Source: Hemiscyllium ocellatum
Lineage: Eukaryota
Direction: 5' to 3'
DNA length: 64,000 nt
NCBI RefSeq assembly: GCF_020745735.1
Contig: NC_083418.1
Location: 5,677,374 to 5,741,373 of the forward strand
The notes under the pieces were generated by a model. It worked only from the letters and a program-made list of their open reading frames with translations, made no database searches and was not told where the DNA came from. The position numbers and the translations under genes were made by a program. Positions 48,592-61,499 of this stretch are shown in pieces. The stretch's first letter is position 1, and the number at the start of each line of letters is the position of its first letter.

Positions 48592-49950
48592 ACAAAGAAC
48601 AAAGAACAAAGAAAATTTGCAGCCCAGCAACAGGCCCATTGTCCCTCCACGCCTGAGCCGATCCAACTTCATTGTCTGAACCTATTGCCCAATTCCTCAA
48701 CATCTGTATCACTCTGCACCCCACCTATGCATGCATCTGTCCAGGCGCACCTAAAATAAATCTACCGTGCCTGCCTCTACTATCTCGGCTGGCAACGCGT
48801 TTCAGGCACCTACCACCGTCTGTGTGAAATACATGCCACGTGTATCCCCCTTAAATTTTTCATCTCTTTCCTTGAACTCGTGAACTCTCATTATTGAATC
48901 CTTTGCCCTGGGAATAAGCTTATATCTATCCATCCTGTCTCTGCCCTTCATGATTTAATCGACCTCAATCCCCTTTTTCTTCTTATAAAAACAATCCTAT
49001 CCTACTCAACCTGTCTTCATAGCTCGCATCCTCCATACCTGGAAACATCCTCGTAAGCCTTCTCTGCACCTTCACCAAAGTGTCCACATCCTTTTGGTAA
49101 TGTGGTGACCAGAACTGTCCACAGTGTTCTAAATGCGGCCGAACCAACGTCTTGTACAATTTTAGCGTGACCTGCCAGCTCTTATGCTCAATACTGCATC
49201 CAATGAAGGCAAGCAGACAAAATGCCTTCTTGTCCACTCTATCCATCTATTCAGCCACCGTCAGAGTACAATGGTCCTGAATTCCCAGACCTCTCTGCTC
49301 ATCAATTTTTCAACAAGATCTTCCGTTTACAGTGTAAGTTGCTCTAGAATTGGACTTCCAAAAATGCATCACCTCACATTTGCCTGGATTGAACGTCATC
49401 TGCCACTTCCCCGCCCAATTCTCCAATCTATCAATATTTTTGACAGTCCCTACGCTTTCTGATATTCCACCAATTTTCATGTCATCTGCAAACTTACTTA
49501 TCAGACAAACAATATCCTCTTCCATATCATTTATGTCTATCACAGAAAATTGTGGCCCCAGTACTGATCCCTGTGGAATTCCACTGGTCACCTTTCTCCA
49601 CTTCGAGAAACTCACTTCAACTGCTACTCTCTGTCTCTTGTTGGTCAACCAGTTCTTTATCCACCTCGCTAGAACACTCTGCATACCATGTCACTTGACT
49701 TTATCCATTAGTTTTCCATGGGAAACATCACCAAACGCCCTACTAAATTCCATGTATATGACATCTGCAATCGTTCCTCAATCTACCAACTTGATTACTT
49801 CCTCAAATAACTCTCTTAAGTTGGTAAGGCTCGATCTCCCCCACAGAAAGCCATGTTGCCTATCACTGATAAGCCCATTATTTTCCAAATATAAGTAAAT
49901 TTTATCTCTCAGTATATTCTCCAGCACATTTCCCATTACTGACGTCAAGC
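48592..49950 (-). mobile_element. CR1 RT-to-3' fragment with (TTCTTTG)n tail
   Basis: QHGFLWGRS, GIPQGSVLGP, KFADDMKIGG, LYKTLVRPHLE; acaaagaacaaagaacaaagaa. Confidence 0.93.
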
Positions 49951-50013
49951 TCACACTCAAAGCTATTAGTGAACTACCACTTGCAGCACCAATGAGTAGG
50001 AAGCATGGTGAAT

Positions 50014-50156
50014 CGTGTGTGTTTGTGTGTGTGTGCGCGCGTGCGTGTGTACACATGCATGTGCATATAAATGCACTTATATTAGGATTGTGTGTATGTA
50101 TTAAGTGCATGTTTGTGTATGTGTGTCTATTACTGTGTGTGTATGCGTATATAGTT

Positions 50157-50202
<46 letters not shown>
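50014..50202. repeat. (GT)n microsatellite and GT-rich tract
   Basis: Perfect (GT) run at about 50162-50201, with a degenerate upstream part. Confidence 0.95.
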
Positions 50203-50203
<1 letters not shown>

Positions 50204-50934
50204 TCGGTGCATGCTTGTGCTTATTATCAGGTCATTTTTTAAATGACCTGATGGTGTTCGCACTGACTGCAAGGCTGTTTTGTCTCCCCAGAGTCTGGAT
50301 GAGGTGAACTGACATGATTCTTGACTGAGGCACAGAAGTTTTCTCATGAGAAGAGTTGATATGAACAGATATGATTAATAGCTTGTAGTCAGAGACTGCT
50401 TTAATGAGATATCTTTCATATTATTAGTATTAAAGCAACTCCAAACCTCCCTGTCATTTGAGATAGTGGACTCCTTAGAATTGAGACTCTCTTTTCACAG
50501 CACCACTTTTCAGAATAAATCAGCCTTTTTCCAACCTTTAAATTTAGCCCTGAAATGTTGCGACTTTGGAGTCATCCCAAAAAGAATGAATTTATCATCT
50601 CACCTAAGAATGGTAACTGGTGACTTGGTCTTATATAACTGAATGTGACACTCTGCTACTAATACTCTCAAATGATCCGTTATCTGCAGTCTGGTATTAT
50701 TCGTGTGAACAACTACTGGTTGCCATCCAGATGCACGCTCCAGGTAGAAGGTCTAAGCATAGATGGCTGGTCTGCTGACCGACTCACTTCCAGCATGAAA
50801 CTTGCAAAGATTTGGACCAATTTTCATCAGGTCTTCATAAAATCATTACCTGGACATTTAATGTGGTGGACAGGCTATCTGGTCATGTTCCAATGTAATT
50901 CTTTGGTATTGATACAATATCCATGTTGTGGGTT

Positions 50935-51245
50935 TCACGGTGGCACAATGCAGTGCTGCTCCCTCACAGTGCCAGGGATCCAGGGTGGATTCCACTATAG
51001 AGTGAGTGCCTGTGTGTAGTTTGCACATTGTCTGTGTGAGTCTCTTCTGGGTGCTCCAATTTCCTTCCACAGTCAAAAGATGTGCAGATTAGATGAATTG
51101 GCTATGCTGTAATGTCCAGCGATGTGCAATGCATAGTTATGGGAATAGGTAGGGGGCTGTGCTGTTGATGGGATATCCATCACTGCGTTGGAGCAGGTTT
51201 TATGGGCCAAATGATCTCTTTCTGCGCTTTAGGGATTCTATGACA
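50935..51245 (+). mobile_element. HE1-type SINE
   Basis: cacggtggcacaatg..cctcacagtgccagggatccagg..aaagatgtgcagattag..tagggattctatga. Confidence 0.85.
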
Positions 51246-51746
51246 CAGAACTGCTAATGAAATATTCATCGCCACACTGTATATGTTGGTAAGGCTGAGA
51301 AGCGAAGTCCAATCACTTCCTGGAACTCAAGGTCACTATGATGCCACACTTCCCTCTGAGGCCCATTTGCATCTTCATCAAGACCTATCAGGTCACAGTC
51401 ATTGCTTTCACTCATCTTCAACTCTGACACACTCTCTGTTGCATCCTTTAGGATGACCTGTGGTTGGCGGTAAAGAAATGTAAGGACTTCCTGGTTCGTC
51501 AGGGTCCAATTCTGAGATTAAGGTCTGACTTTCACATGGAAATAAGCCTCTAAAAGAGTTTTCAGAAAATTATGTGGTTTTCTGGTTCCCATATAGTAGT
51601 GTGTTCCGGCAGAAAGCTATTGCTTCACTGCATGAAACCTTCAAGTAACTACAAAAGAACAAACCTCCCTCAGTTTGACTGTGATTATTTTTCTGCCCTG
51701 ATTCAGTTTGATGTGAATGAAATGTATATAACTCTCCAGCTTGAAA

Positions 51747-52190
51747 TAGATAGATAGATAGATAGATAGATAGGTGGATAGATAGACATATGTATGTCTG
51801 TCTTTGTGTGTCTTTCTACGTATGTGTGTGTGTGTATGTGTGTGTGTGTCTATGTGGGTCTGTAAATGTGTGTGTGCGTCTACTTGTGTATAAAAGTATG
51901 CTTGTGTGTTTCTCTGTGTGTCTGTTTCTCTCTCTCAGTCTTTGTATCGTGTGTGTGCGTGTGTGTGTGAGAGAGAGAATGTTTGGGTGTATGTTACTGT
52001 ATCTCTTTTTTCTGTGCGTCAATATCTGCATTTGTATGCTTTTTTGTGTGTGCATCAATGTCATCTCTACGTAGTTATATTAGTATTTGTGTGGGTTTGT
52101 CTGTACGTGTGGGTATAACAGTGCCTGTGAATCAGTATCCATGTGTGTGTCAATCTGAGCCTAAAGATCTGAGTGTGTATCAGCATCTAT
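51747..52190. repeat. (GATA)n followed by a degenerate GT-rich tract
   Basis: tagatagatagatagatagatagatagg, then TG-rich low complexity. Confidence 0.9.
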
Positions 52191-52199
52191 TGCATGTGG

Positions 52200-52470
52200 T
52201 ATAGTTGCTCAGTGGTTAGCAATGCTGCTCGCAGTGCTAGGGACTCAGGTTTGTTTGTGTCTTCCTGTTACCTCCCACAGTCCAGGTATGTGCATGTTAC
52301 GTGGATTGGCCATGTTAAATTGTCCACAGTGTCCAGGGATGTGTAGGTTAGGAGGGTCATCCTTGTGAAATGCAGGATTACGTTTTAGTGTGGGGAATGG
52401 TAGTGGGATGCTCTTGAAGGGTCAGTGTGGACTTGAAGGGCCGAATGGCCTGCTTCCATAACGTAGGAAT
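52200..52470 (+). mobile_element. HE1-type SINE with internal deletion
   Basis: gctcagtggttagcaatgctgc..ctcccacagtcc..gggtcagtgtggacttgaagggccgaatggcctg. Confidence 0.8.
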
Positions 52471-52494
52471 TGTCTCTGCCAGTGTGTGTGCGTG

Positions 52495-54858
52495 TTTGTC
52501 ATCATCTCTAGTCCGAGGTACAGACAGACTTTTCCGTGGCCAGCAGCGAAAAATCAGAATGGTGTGCTGCTTCCCTGTTGCCAGGATCAAGGATGTCTCA
52601 GAGAGGGTGCAAAATGTTCTCGAGAGAGAGGGGTCAGCAGGAGGCCATTGTATATATTGGAACTAATGATATAGGAAGGGAAAAGGATGAAATTCTGAAG
52701 GGACATTACAGAGTTAGGCAGGAATTTAAAAAGGAGGTCATTGAGGGTGGTAATATCTGGATTACTCACTGTGTTAAGAGCCAGTAAGGGCAGGAATAGG
52801 AGGATAGAGCAGATGAATGTATGGCTAAGGAGCTGGTGTACGGGAAAAAAATTCACATTTTTGGATCATTTGATTATCTTTTGGGGCAGAAGTGACCTGT
52901 ACAAGAAGGACAGATTGCATATAAATTGTAAGTGGACTAATATACTGCACGGAGATTTGCCAGAGCTGCTCAGGAGGATTTAAACTAGTAAGCTGGAGGT
53001 GGGGGTGGGGGACCCAGGGAGATACTGAGGGAAGAGATCGATCTGATACGGGTGCAGTTCAGAACACATGTGATTCACACAGTCGGGGCAGGCAGGGATA
53101 AGATAGGACTAATAAATTAAACTGCATTTATTTCAATGCAAAGGGCCTAACAGGCAAGGCAGATGAACTCAGGGCATGGTTAGGAACATGGGACTGAGAT
53201 ATCTCAGCAATTACAGAAACATGGCTCAGGGATGGGCAGGACTGTCAGTTTTATGCTGCAGGAAGGTTACAAAGAAAGGCAAGAGAGGAGGGAGAGTGGC
53301 GTTTTTGATAAGGGATAGCATTACAGCTATGCTGAGGGAAGATATTCCCGGACATACATCCAGGGAAGATATTTGGGTGGAACTGGGAAATAAGAAAGGG
53401 ATAATCACTTCATTGGGATTGTATTATAGACACCCCAATAGTCAGAGGGAAATTGAGAAACAAATTTGTCTGGAGATCTCAGCTGTCTGTCGGAATAATA
53501 GGTGGTTATGGTAGGGAATTTTAACTTTCCAAACATAGACTGCAACTGCCATAGTGTTAAAGGTTTAGAGTCATAGAGATGTACAACATGGAAATAGACC
53601 TTTTCACCCTAACAGGAATATACTTTCTCTGGATTCTTGTTATCTCATTTCTGAAGGCTTCCCATTTTCCATCCGTCCCTTTACCTGTGAATAACTGCGC
53701 CAAATGAGGTTTTGAAAGTTTTTGCCTAATACATCAAAATTGGCCTTCCTCCGATTTAGAACTTCAACTTTTAGAGCCATTTGGATACATAACTGGCTCA
53801 AATGTCGAAGACAGAAGGAGGCAATATAGGTTTGATTTCAGATTGGAGGCTGTGACCAGTGCAGTGCCGCAAGGATCTGTGCTAGGTCCACTACTTTTCC
53901 TCATTTATATAAATGATTTGAATGTGAGCGTAAGAGTATAGTTAGTACGTTTGAAGATGACACCAATATTGGAGGTGTAGTGTACAGGGTTACCTCAGAT
54001 TACAACAGGTTCTGGACCAGATGGGCCAGTGGGCTGAGAAGTGGCAGATTGAGTTTAATTTCGATAAATGTGAGGTGCTGCATTTTGGAAAAGCAAATCT
54101 TAGCAGGACTTATACACTTAACAGTATGGTCCTAGGGATGTTACTGAACAAAGATACCTTGGAGAGCAGGTTCATAGCTCCGTTAAAGTGGATTGGCAGG
54201 TAAATAGGATAGTGAAGAAGGCGTTTGGAATGTTTTCCTTTATTGGTCAGAGTATTGAGTAGAGATGTTGGGACATCATGTTGCAGCCGTACAAGACATT
54301 GGTTAGGCCAGTGTTGGAATATTGCGTGCAATTCTGGTCTCCTTCCAATCAGAAAGATGTTGTGAATCTTGAAAGGGTTCAGAAAAGATTTACAAGGATG
54401 TTGCCAGGTTTGTTCCCTCTCTACAGGGAGAGGCTAAACAGGCTGGGGCTGTTTTCCATGAAGCGTTGAAGGCTGAGGGCTGACCTAAGAAAGGTTTACA
54501 AAATCATGAGGGGTATGGATAGTATAAATAGTCAAAGTCTTTTCCCTGGGGTGGTGGAGTCCAGAACAAGAGGCACAGATTTAGGGAGAGAGGGGAAAGC
54601 TATAAAAGAAAACTAAGGGACAACTTTTACATGCAGAGAGAGGTACGTGTATGGTACGAGATACCAGAGGAAGTGGTGGAGGCTGGTAAAATTACAACAC
54701 TTAAGAGGCATTAGGATGCGTATATGAAAAGGAAGGGTTTGGAGCGATATCAGCTGGGTGCTGGCAGGTGGGTTTACATTCTATTGGGATATCTGGTCGG
54801 CATGGACGGGTTGGACCGAAGGGTCTGTTTCCATTTTGTACATCTCTATGACTCTATT
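52495..54858 (+). mobile_element. CR1 with ORF1 esterase, EN start, an inverted internal block, and RT to 3' end
   Basis: SSLVRGTDRLF, YIGTNDIG, VVISGLL..DLYKKDRLHIN, RGGRVAFLIRDSI, KWQIEFNFDKCEVLHFG; tail ctctatgactctat. Confidence 0.9.
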
Positions 54859-55824
54859 TTTGTTGGTATTCTCTGGTGCATGTGTGTGCATCTGTTAAAA
54901 GATAACCAGATTTCTGTGGGTCTGGAATCAGAAATAGGCCAGATCTGTTGAGTTGAATATGGTAATGGTCCAGAAAGTGTTAATATTTCAGTGTTACTGA
55001 GCTCAGTCTCTTGATAAAAGCATGTGTATCCTCTTCCTCTCTTGTCAGCATTAGTTAATTTCTGTGAGAATGAATGGAACATGTCTCCAATTACAATGAT
55101 ATAATAAATTGCATCTTCTCATCCAAGGCCAGAGTCTGTTCTGCAGAGACCTATTAATGGGTCCATTTTCCGTTACAGAGTAGTGTACCGCCTCTAAGTC
55201 TCGAAGACAGAGGAGGAGTGATGGCAGCTCTCGACTGCAGCCACCAATGGGTTGGTACCCAGGCTTGTTCTAACCTTTCATCAATATTATAACAGTGAGG
55301 ATGACATTCCCTCTGGGGCAACAATGAACTAAATCAATTTAAATGAAATTAATTATAGTTTAATAGTACCAATACTGGGATCGCTTTTCAAACCTACAAT
55401 CAAAAATTCATGGAACTTCAGTGCCACCAGCTTCCATGGTGGGATTTGAAACCAGTCCCCGAGAACGATTAACTAGGATACCAAGGGTTGGTTGCAGAAA
55501 GCCCTTCAGGAGATTGCTGGAGCCTTTGACTCCAGTCAACTAGCAGCCTCTCGATGTGAAAGAGAAGTGCTCGTTTCTTTTGTAAATTCTCCAGAAAACC
55601 ATGCAAACTTGTCCATCCACTTCCCCGGGAAAGACACTCGCTCCCAGCTCTCAACACTGAGGGCTTTGAATGGTGTCAGTCAGCTAACGTCGCACTGATC
55701 CTTGCGATCCTTGCCAGGCCCGTTCTCACCTCTCCCAACAATAACACTGAATATCTATGACCAGAACAGGGAGCCATTGCTGTTCATTTACTTGTCTGAC
55801 CATTTCCATACATTTTCATTGATT

Positions 55825-56130
55825 CACCACATAAATATTGTGTCTCCAAGGTCAGGTCAGAATGTAGGAATATTGCGGCAAGTAAGTCACCTGCTGACTC
55901 TTCAAAGCCTGTCCCTATCTATTAGGTACCAGCTCAGAATGGAATACTCCCCATTTGCTTGGGTGAGTGCAGCTCCATCAATACTCAAGGAGCCAAATCC
56001 CATCACAGGACAAAGCAACCTACTTGATGGGCTCCACATCTACAAACATCTGCTCCCTGTCTAACAGCATTGTGGTAATTGACTCGACTGGTTCAAGAAG
56101 GCAGCTCACAATCACCTTCTCAAGTGTAAT
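55825..56130 (+). mobile_element. CR1-group LINE RT C-terminal fragment of a different family
   Basis: GQNVGILRQVSHLLTLQSLS..MEYSPFAWVSAAP in ORF 55702..56064. Confidence 0.7.
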
Positions 56131-58319
56131 TAGCTATCAATGGATCGATGAATAACACAAAACTGTTTACATGGGTATTCAAAGATCTAACAGATCTATT
56201 ATTCCAGTGAGCTATTAAAGCAAGCACTACATTCACAGGTACGTCAGTATCTGAGCAAGTATTAAGCTATTCAGTTACAAAAGGCACTGTTTCTTCATCA
56301 GGATGCCATGCTTCATGTATCTCAAGTTTAAGTGGAGCTTGTGGCCTTAATACCTTCAGACACATGCAATGATGACAGTGACGGTGTGAAGAATATTTCT
56401 CTTTGTGTACCACTCATGATAGGTGTAACCAGAATCTATTATAAGTTTGCACAATCCAGTCTGACACAGCTGAGACTGAACTGAACTGGATTACACATCA
56501 GGGATTAATCCCAGAACACTTTCCAAGTACGGATAACTGCTTCAATGGAAGACAGATGAAAACGTACACACCTGATCATTTCACTGCTTCCTCTCCAAAG
56601 ACAGACTATTGCTTCTGGTGAAGGAATGGTTCTTTTACTTGTTTTATGTGTCAGCTAGCTGAAGTCTGTCTAATACGTCAAGCCTTGTCATTGGTGAATG
56701 GGGAGCAAATATGCTCATAAACTTTTACAATTGTTCTGAACTTCAAATAGGTGGGCAAGACTGTTTTCATGACGATCTTTTCTTCAGGACTAATTTGGAT
56801 GAAGAGCACAATTTTGTGACAAGCTGGATGTGCAGATAATTAGATCGCCTCAGGCAACGTAAATACACAAAAAGTAACAACTGTATTTATCTGGTTACTT
56901 TAATGTTGCAAAACAGATTCCAAGTCTCATGATCCTTACTAATAGAGTCGTAGAGGCATTGAGCACAGAAACAGGCACGTCGGCCTAACTCCTCCATTAT
57001 TTTTGTTTTAGCATTAGAATAGCTTTCTTCAGATAATGGTAAAGGGAGAATGTCGTTCGGCCTCTCAAGCATGTTCTATCATTCACTTAATCATAGCTAA
57101 TCGGTATTTGAAATTATATTTTCTCACCGTTTATCAACAGCTACCTGCATCTTGAACAATTCAGATGAGGCCATTCTGATCGCCCTCTCATTCTGTACAC
57201 TCTGAAAACCTTAATTCATCCAAATAATTCCACCATTTCCTGTTCTATACAGAGTCTCTTGAATGGCCATCATTGACTTTGACAGCAACCTTTGCAAGCA
57301 TTTAATGTTGGAATCTTCACCAACGTTCAGAATACTCTGGAAGAGTGAATAACTATAGCCCCAAAGACCGCCAACTTTGGAAATTGCATCCACAAGGGCA
57401 ACCAATCAGAGACCTGATTGGAGAGAAATGAGGAGGAGCTGCTCCTCCAATCACAGGTCTGGCCCTCCCTGTTGGCTGCTCAGAGGTTCATAATGAATCT
57501 TTTCATAGCAAATGTGGCTGAAAAGTAGCGTGTGAATGTCAGACTAGTAAACAGTTAAGAATATCGGTTAAAGCAGTGAGAGAATCACCAAAATATTTTG
57601 ACTCAACTAGAATCAGTGTTCACTATTTGCCAATGTTCACTCTGAAACTGCAGTACTCGGGGGAAAATATGTATTGGATCCTATTGTAATGAGCAGTCTC
57701 TTATTTGTTAACTTTAATTTTATGATTAAGATCTAAATTGCACCAACAGGGGTAGTAGATAGTTGAGTTCGGGTCATACAGTTTTATGCATTTTCAATAG
57801 AAAAACATTTTCAATGTCTATAGAAGGCATGTTTGGGGGAATGTATTTTTTTAAAATGTAAAGTATGTATCAATTATTTTGCAAATATATTGTTGCCAAC
57901 TGTTGCCTGTTGTCTTGTATCAATTTAAATCCTATGGTGTGTGTGAAATGTATACATTCACTGTATGTTGTGGCTGAAGATAAGGTGGAGATATTGATGA
58001 ATTCTTCTAAATCTGTTTATGTGTGTGTCCAAAAATTCTATCTATCAACATAAACACTGAAGATATTGTTACCAGGTGAATAATCATCTCATAAATGAAT
58101 TAGTGAGAGTGAAAATATAGCTCCTGAAAACCAAAATGTAGACCACAAAATAAAAATGCTTCTTGAGAAAGTCTCAATAGGACCCATTGAAAGAAATGTA
58201 TTTCAACTCCAGATCCTCACATACGCGTTTAACTCCCTTCATGTCCTCACTCTTATCTGTATTTCTGTCAAACTCCCGGGAAACAACTCTCCTCTCCACA
58301 AACAATTAATTGGCATAAC

Positions 58320-60140
58320 TATTAAGAGAAATTAAAAGGGCAAGATGGAGTCATGAAATATCTTAAGCAAACAGAGTTAAGGAAAGTCCGAAAGCCTTTT
58401 ATTCATATATAAGGAGCAACAGGGTAACTAGAGAAAAGGTTGACCCACTCAATGATAAAGAAGGGAAGTTATGCGTGGAGTCAGATAAAATGGGTGAGTG
58501 TCTCAATGAGTACTTTGCTTCCGTATTCGCCAAGGAGAAAGACATTATGAATGTTGAGGTTAGGGATGGATGTTTGCTTACTCTGGGTCAAGTCAGCATA
58601 AGGAAGGAGGAACTGTCGGGCATTGTAAAAGGCATTAAGGTGGACAGGTCCTCAGGTCCTGATTGGATCTATCACAGGTTACTGAGGAAAGAGAAAGAAG
58701 AGATAGCTGGGGCCTTAACAGATATCTTTGCCACATCCTTCAACACGGGTGTGCTCCTGGAGATCTGGAGAGTTGCTACTGTTATCCTCTTGTTTTAGAA
58801 GCGTAGCAGGGATAATCCAAGTAATTATAGACAAGTGTGCCTGACATCAATGGTAGGGAAGCTACTGGAGAAGACACTGAAGGATAAGATCTATTTGCAT
58901 TTGGAAGAAAGCGGGCTTAGCAATTATAGGCAGCATGGTTTTGTGCAGGGAAGGTCAAATAGATTTATTTAAGACAGAAAAGAAATTGTGAGGGAAGGCT
59001 GTAGATGTCATATGGACTTCAGCAAAGTGCTTGATAATGTTCTCCATGATAGGCAGATGGAGAAAGTGAAGTCATATGGGGTCCAAGATGTGCTGGCTAG
59101 ATGGATAGAGAACTGCTTGGGGAACAGGTGACATAGAGTAGTAGTGGAATGGAATTTCTCAAAATGTAGAACTGTGCACTGTTGTTTGTGATATACATAA
59201 ATGATTTGGAGGGTGGAATAGGTGATGTGATGAACAAATTTGCAGATGACACTGGCATTGGTGGAATAACAGATAGTGAAGGGAACTGTAAGAGAATGCA
59301 GCAGAATATTGATAGTTTGGAGCGTAGGGCAGCGAAATGGCAGATGGAGTTCGATCCGAGCAAATGCGAAGTGACACATTTCGTAAGACCCAATTCAAGA
59401 GGGAAGTATAAATGGAAAAGCCTTGGTAAAATTGATGCCCAGAAAGATCTGTGTGTTCACGTCCATTGTGCTCTGTAGGTGGCAATGCAGATTGATAGAG
59501 TGGTCCAAAAGGTATACGGCATTGTTTCCTTCATTGGAGGAAGTATTGGGTCCAAGGTTTGGCAAGTCAAGTTAAAATTGTATAAGACTTTTGTTTGGCC
59601 AAGTTTGGAATACCATGTTCAGTTCTGATCATCACATTTTCAAAAGGATGTGAATGCTTTAGAGAGGGTGCAGAGGAATTTTACCAGAATGTTGTATGTA
59701 GGGCCCTAGCTACGATGAGAGGTTGAGTAGATTGGGATTATTTTCATTAGAAGGACAGAGGTTGAGGGGGGACCTGATTGAGATGTACAAAATCATGAGA
59801 GGTGTAGACAATGTGGGTAGCAAGAACCTTATTCCCCAGAGTGGGGCGACTCAAATACTAGGTTTCACAAGTTCAAGGTGAGAGGGGGAACGTTTAAGGG
59901 ATATATGTGTGGAAAGTTCTTTACACATAGTTTGGTGGAATGTGTTGCCAGTGGAGGTGGTTGGGGTAGGAACGCAAGCATCATTTAAAGTGTATCTAGA
60001 CAGATAAATGAATTGTCAGGGAGCAGAACCATACAGATACTTAGAAAATAAGCGACAGATTTAGATAGAGGATCTGGATTGGCACAGGCGAGGGCTGAAA
60101 GGCATGGTCCTTCTCTGTAATGTTCTTTGTTCATTGTTCA
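58320..60140 (+). mobile_element. CR1 ORF2 fragment to 3' end
   Basis: LNEYFASVF..SSGPDWIY, IYINDLE..KFADDTGIGG; tail gttctttgttcattgttc. Confidence 0.92.
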
Positions 60141-60454
60141 GCGACCTAAGTCCTACCAGTGATGTTACAATGAGGGATAGATGGAGTCAGAGGACAGGAA
60201 AACTCTACAGATGTCTATCTCCAACTCTGAATGTAGTTCTCTCTGTTCCATGTGTACCAGTTATTCATCATTCATTGCCTCTTCCCTATCTTTCTCTGTC
60301 CCTCTGTCAATGAGGTGGAATAATTTTTTTTTGCTTTCCTTATGGGATGCAGGCCTGCTGGTAAGGTCAGCATTTGTTGCTCATCTTGAATCGCTTTGAA
60401 CTTGCTTTTATGCGAGGCCAGTTAACATTCAACCATACTGTGATGGGTCTGGAA

Positions 60455-60730
60455 AACATAAAAAAAACACAACAGGAGCAAGAGTAGGTCGTCTGGCTCG
60501 TTGAACCTGCCCCAACAATCAAACAGATCATATTTGATATTTTCATGGACTCAGCTCCACTTACCCGCCAGCTGACCATAATCCTTAATTCCTTTACTGT
60601 TGAAAAACCTATCTGTCTTCGCCTTAAGAACATTCAACGAGGTAGTCTCAACTGCTTCATTAGCCAGAGAATTCCACAGATTCACAATTCATTGGGTGAA
60701 GTATTTCCTCCTCAACTTAGTCCTGATTAG
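60455..60730 (-). mobile_element. CR1 3' UTR fragment
   Basis: ggagcaagagtaggtc..agagaattccacagattcac..gtgaagtatttcctcctc. Confidence 0.75.
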
Positions 60731-61499
60731 TAAATCAGATGGACTTTATTTGATGTTAGTTGTCATAGTTTCTTTTACTGAGACTAGATTTCAACTCTAG
60801 ATAAGTTACTTAATTAATTAAAATCTTACCAGTTGTCTTGATATGATTTCAATTCCTGACCCCAGAGTATTTGCCCTGGGCCTCGAATTGGTTCGTCCAG
60901 TGACAGCTAATATTTTACCATGATCTCCACTTCTGGAATGACTCAAAAGAATAAATCATTCTTGAATATGAAGTTCAGGGAGAAGCAGGAACCAATTGCG
61001 GCCGGTGAGGTGAAGAGTAATGGACAATTTTAGTTTGTAGAGTCCTTTCAGTGAACTGAGACTACTGCAGGATGGAACATGTACATCAGAAACGATGACT
61101 CTGGACATCCCGAAGTTGTGAATGAGGCTATCAATGGCAGATCGGCAGGCATGGGGCTGCTGAAAGAGACCTGAAATGAATGGCAAAAGGTGGTGATGAT
61201 TAAACAAAAATGGGATCACTCGTCTAGATTAGACAAAAAGTGGACAGATTTGTCAGCCCTGTGCTGTGTGGTAGGAATTTGGAGATGGTGATTAAAATAA
61301 GTCCAAGAAGGCTGAGATCCCATCACTAAGCCACCCTTTTATTTACACGTGAACAATACATGGACTGTGACCAGCTAGCTCAGAGCCAGTCCCTAGCGTG
61401 AGAAGAATCCACGGACTCCTATTTCTATCTGTCAGCCAAGGCTCCCCGATTGGCCCAGGTTAACAGTCCCAGTCAGGGAACTCAAACTCAATGAGAGCT

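Larger units (their letters stand above)
42650..58075 (+). pseudogene. Fossil polycystin-1-family (PKD repeats plus REJ) gene as scattered broken exons
   Basis: KHVFETSGSYNW/NITGSN/PVGSA (45811-45883), FQGD..G..SFVFGKSDKYQ (48172), EVSLTLSN (48424) and REJ-like segments at 55595, 56360 and 57253, several preceded by Yn-AG acceptors. Confidence 0.4.

Noticed and set aside
51310-51490. Immunoglobulin promoter (ATTTGCAT octamer and ETS site) with leader exon
   Set aside because: The downstream ATG meets a stop after six codons; I found no V exon or heptamer-nonamer RSS.
49778-52204. His/Thr- or Cys/Val-rich ORFs
   Set aside because: Translations of (GT)n microsatellites.
55118-55270. FN3 or Ig-C exon (NGSIFRYRVVYRL)
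   Set aside because: The motif straddles a better splice acceptor (ccattttccgttacag) and hits stops; no neighbouring Ig or FN3 exons.
57401-57462. Triple CCAAT box or nested hairpin promoter
   Set aside because: No linked gene start; it falls within a putative decayed exon, and short palindromes occur by chance.
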